Shown: piece by piece, positions 62,854 through 64,000 of the stretch | How the letters are laid out: each line of letters begins with the position of its first letter | Numbering within the stretch: position 1 is the stretch's first letter | Assembly (NCBI GenBank): GCA_963843845.1 | Contig: CAWJMB010000002.1 | Coordinates: forward strand, 832,001-896,000 | Direction of reading: 5' to 3' | From: an uncultured Gemmatimonadaceae bacterium | GTDB taxonomy: Bacteria; Gemmatimonadota; Gemmatimonadetes; Gemmatimonadales; Gemmatimonadaceae | Length of the DNA stretch: 64,000 nucleotides | The notes under the pieces: model-generated | What the model was told of the DNA's origin: nothing | Database searches by the model: none | What the model saw: the letters and a program-made list of their open reading frames with translations, nothing else | Made by a program: the position numbers and the translations under genes

Positions 62854-64000
62854 CGTCGACCGTCAGCGGTGCCTTCCCCCCGGGCGGCAGCGCGACCGTC
62901 TGCCACGCCGCCGTCGGCGTGATCCACCGCGCCTCGCCGCCGCCCACGCTCACCTTCACCGGCATCGCGAAGCCGGGCACGACGTCGACCTAGCGATAGG
63001 CGAGCGACGCGCCGTCGACGCGATACTCGATCGTCGGCGGGCGCGGTGTGCGGAGGTACTGATCGAACACCTTCGACAGATCGACCCCCGACTCGGCGCT
63101 GATGTAGTGCTCGATCTGCGCGCCCGTCACCGTCTGGTGACGGAACGTGCTCCCGACGCCGCGCAGGATGCCACGGAACGTCTCGTCGTCGCTCACGAGC
63201 TGGCGGATCGTGTGCAGCATGTTGCCGCCCTTCTCGTACATGTCGCCCGAGCCCTCGCGCTTCACCCCGTACGGACCGACGATCGGACTGTCGTTGCGAA
63301 TGAGCTTCCGGTTCCCCGCGTTGTACGCCGCGCCGGCCGCCGCGCCGAGCTGACACTCGGTGTAGAGCGTCTCGGAGTAGTTCGCGAAGCTCTCGTGCAC
63401 CCACATGTCGGCGACGTCCTTCGTCGTCACGTTGTTGCCGAACCACTCGTGCGCGCTCTCGTGCACGATGATGAAGTCCCACTGGAGCCCGAACCCCGAC
63501 TGTGACCGGTCGCGGCCGAGGTAGCCGTTCTGATAGCGGTTGCCGTAGGCGACCGCGCTCTGGTGCTCCATGCCGAGGTGCGGCGTCTCGACGAGCTTGT
63601 AGCCGTCGCCGTACCACGGGTACGGGCCGAACCAGCGCTCGAGGCAGGCGAGCATCGGCACGACCTGCGGCGAACTGATGCTCCGCGGCGCGACGGTGGT
63701 AGGCGAGCGGCTAGTAGTCGAGCGTCAGCACGCCCTGCTCGCCACGATAGACGTCGCCGAAGTGGTCGTACGTGCCGGCGTTGATCGCGACATCGTAGTT
63801 GTTGATCGGGTTCGTGACGAACCACTCCCACGTCGTCGTGCCGTCGCCGTGCGACGTCACCGCGCGCAGCCGCCCGTTGCCGACCTGCATCATCGGGTCG
63901 GGGAGGGTGATCGCGACCCGCTGCGAGTCGGGCTCGTCGGCCTGCGTGTCCTTGTTCGGCCACCACGCGCTCGCGCCGAGCCCCTGGTTCGCCGTCGCGA
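62792..64000 (-). CDS. M1 family zinc aminopeptidase, 5'-truncated by the window; one frameshift and two in-frame TAG
   Basis: GMEHQS, HESAHEWFGN...E, MYEKG. Confidence 0.85.

Noticed and set aside
53900..64000. Pseudogene cluster or programmed frameshifting in the right-hand tract
   Set aside because: Same indel pattern across unrelated genes; no slippery sites or shared signal seen.

Overview
Very GC-rich bacterial chromosome segment (roughly 72-75% GC by eye). Gene content (PEP-CTERM protein, TIGR02999-type ECF sigma with Ser/Thr kinases, S9/M1/M20 peptidases with Gly/Arg-rich inserts, a PufC-like di-heme cytochrome) suggests Gemmatimonadota; this is an inference. About 45 genes; no rRNA, tRNA, CRISPR array or transposase recognised. 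Two tracts (~17-24 kb and ~54-64 kb) are full of mostly single-base insertions that look like long-read consensus errors, so frameshifted genes there are called as CDS. Main find 1: a candidate peptide maturation/export system at 36.9-43.8 kb. It has a 54-aa acidic peptide missed by the ORF track, ending ...ETLEERIAP-AKFAF, then a strong hairpin, then three translationally coupled membrane-fusion proteins (GAF-MFP, lipoprotein MFP, and a PqqD/RRE-like + M50 site-2 protease + MFP fusion) and an outer-membrane beta-barrel. There is no ABC ATPase, RND pump or TolC in the locus, and it is flanked by three Ser/Thr kinases and a kinase-type ECF sigma. Main find 2: a non-palindromic octamer CGTTAGGC/GCCTAACG occurs at least 14 times, mostly inside genes where it forces the rare TTA Leu codon.
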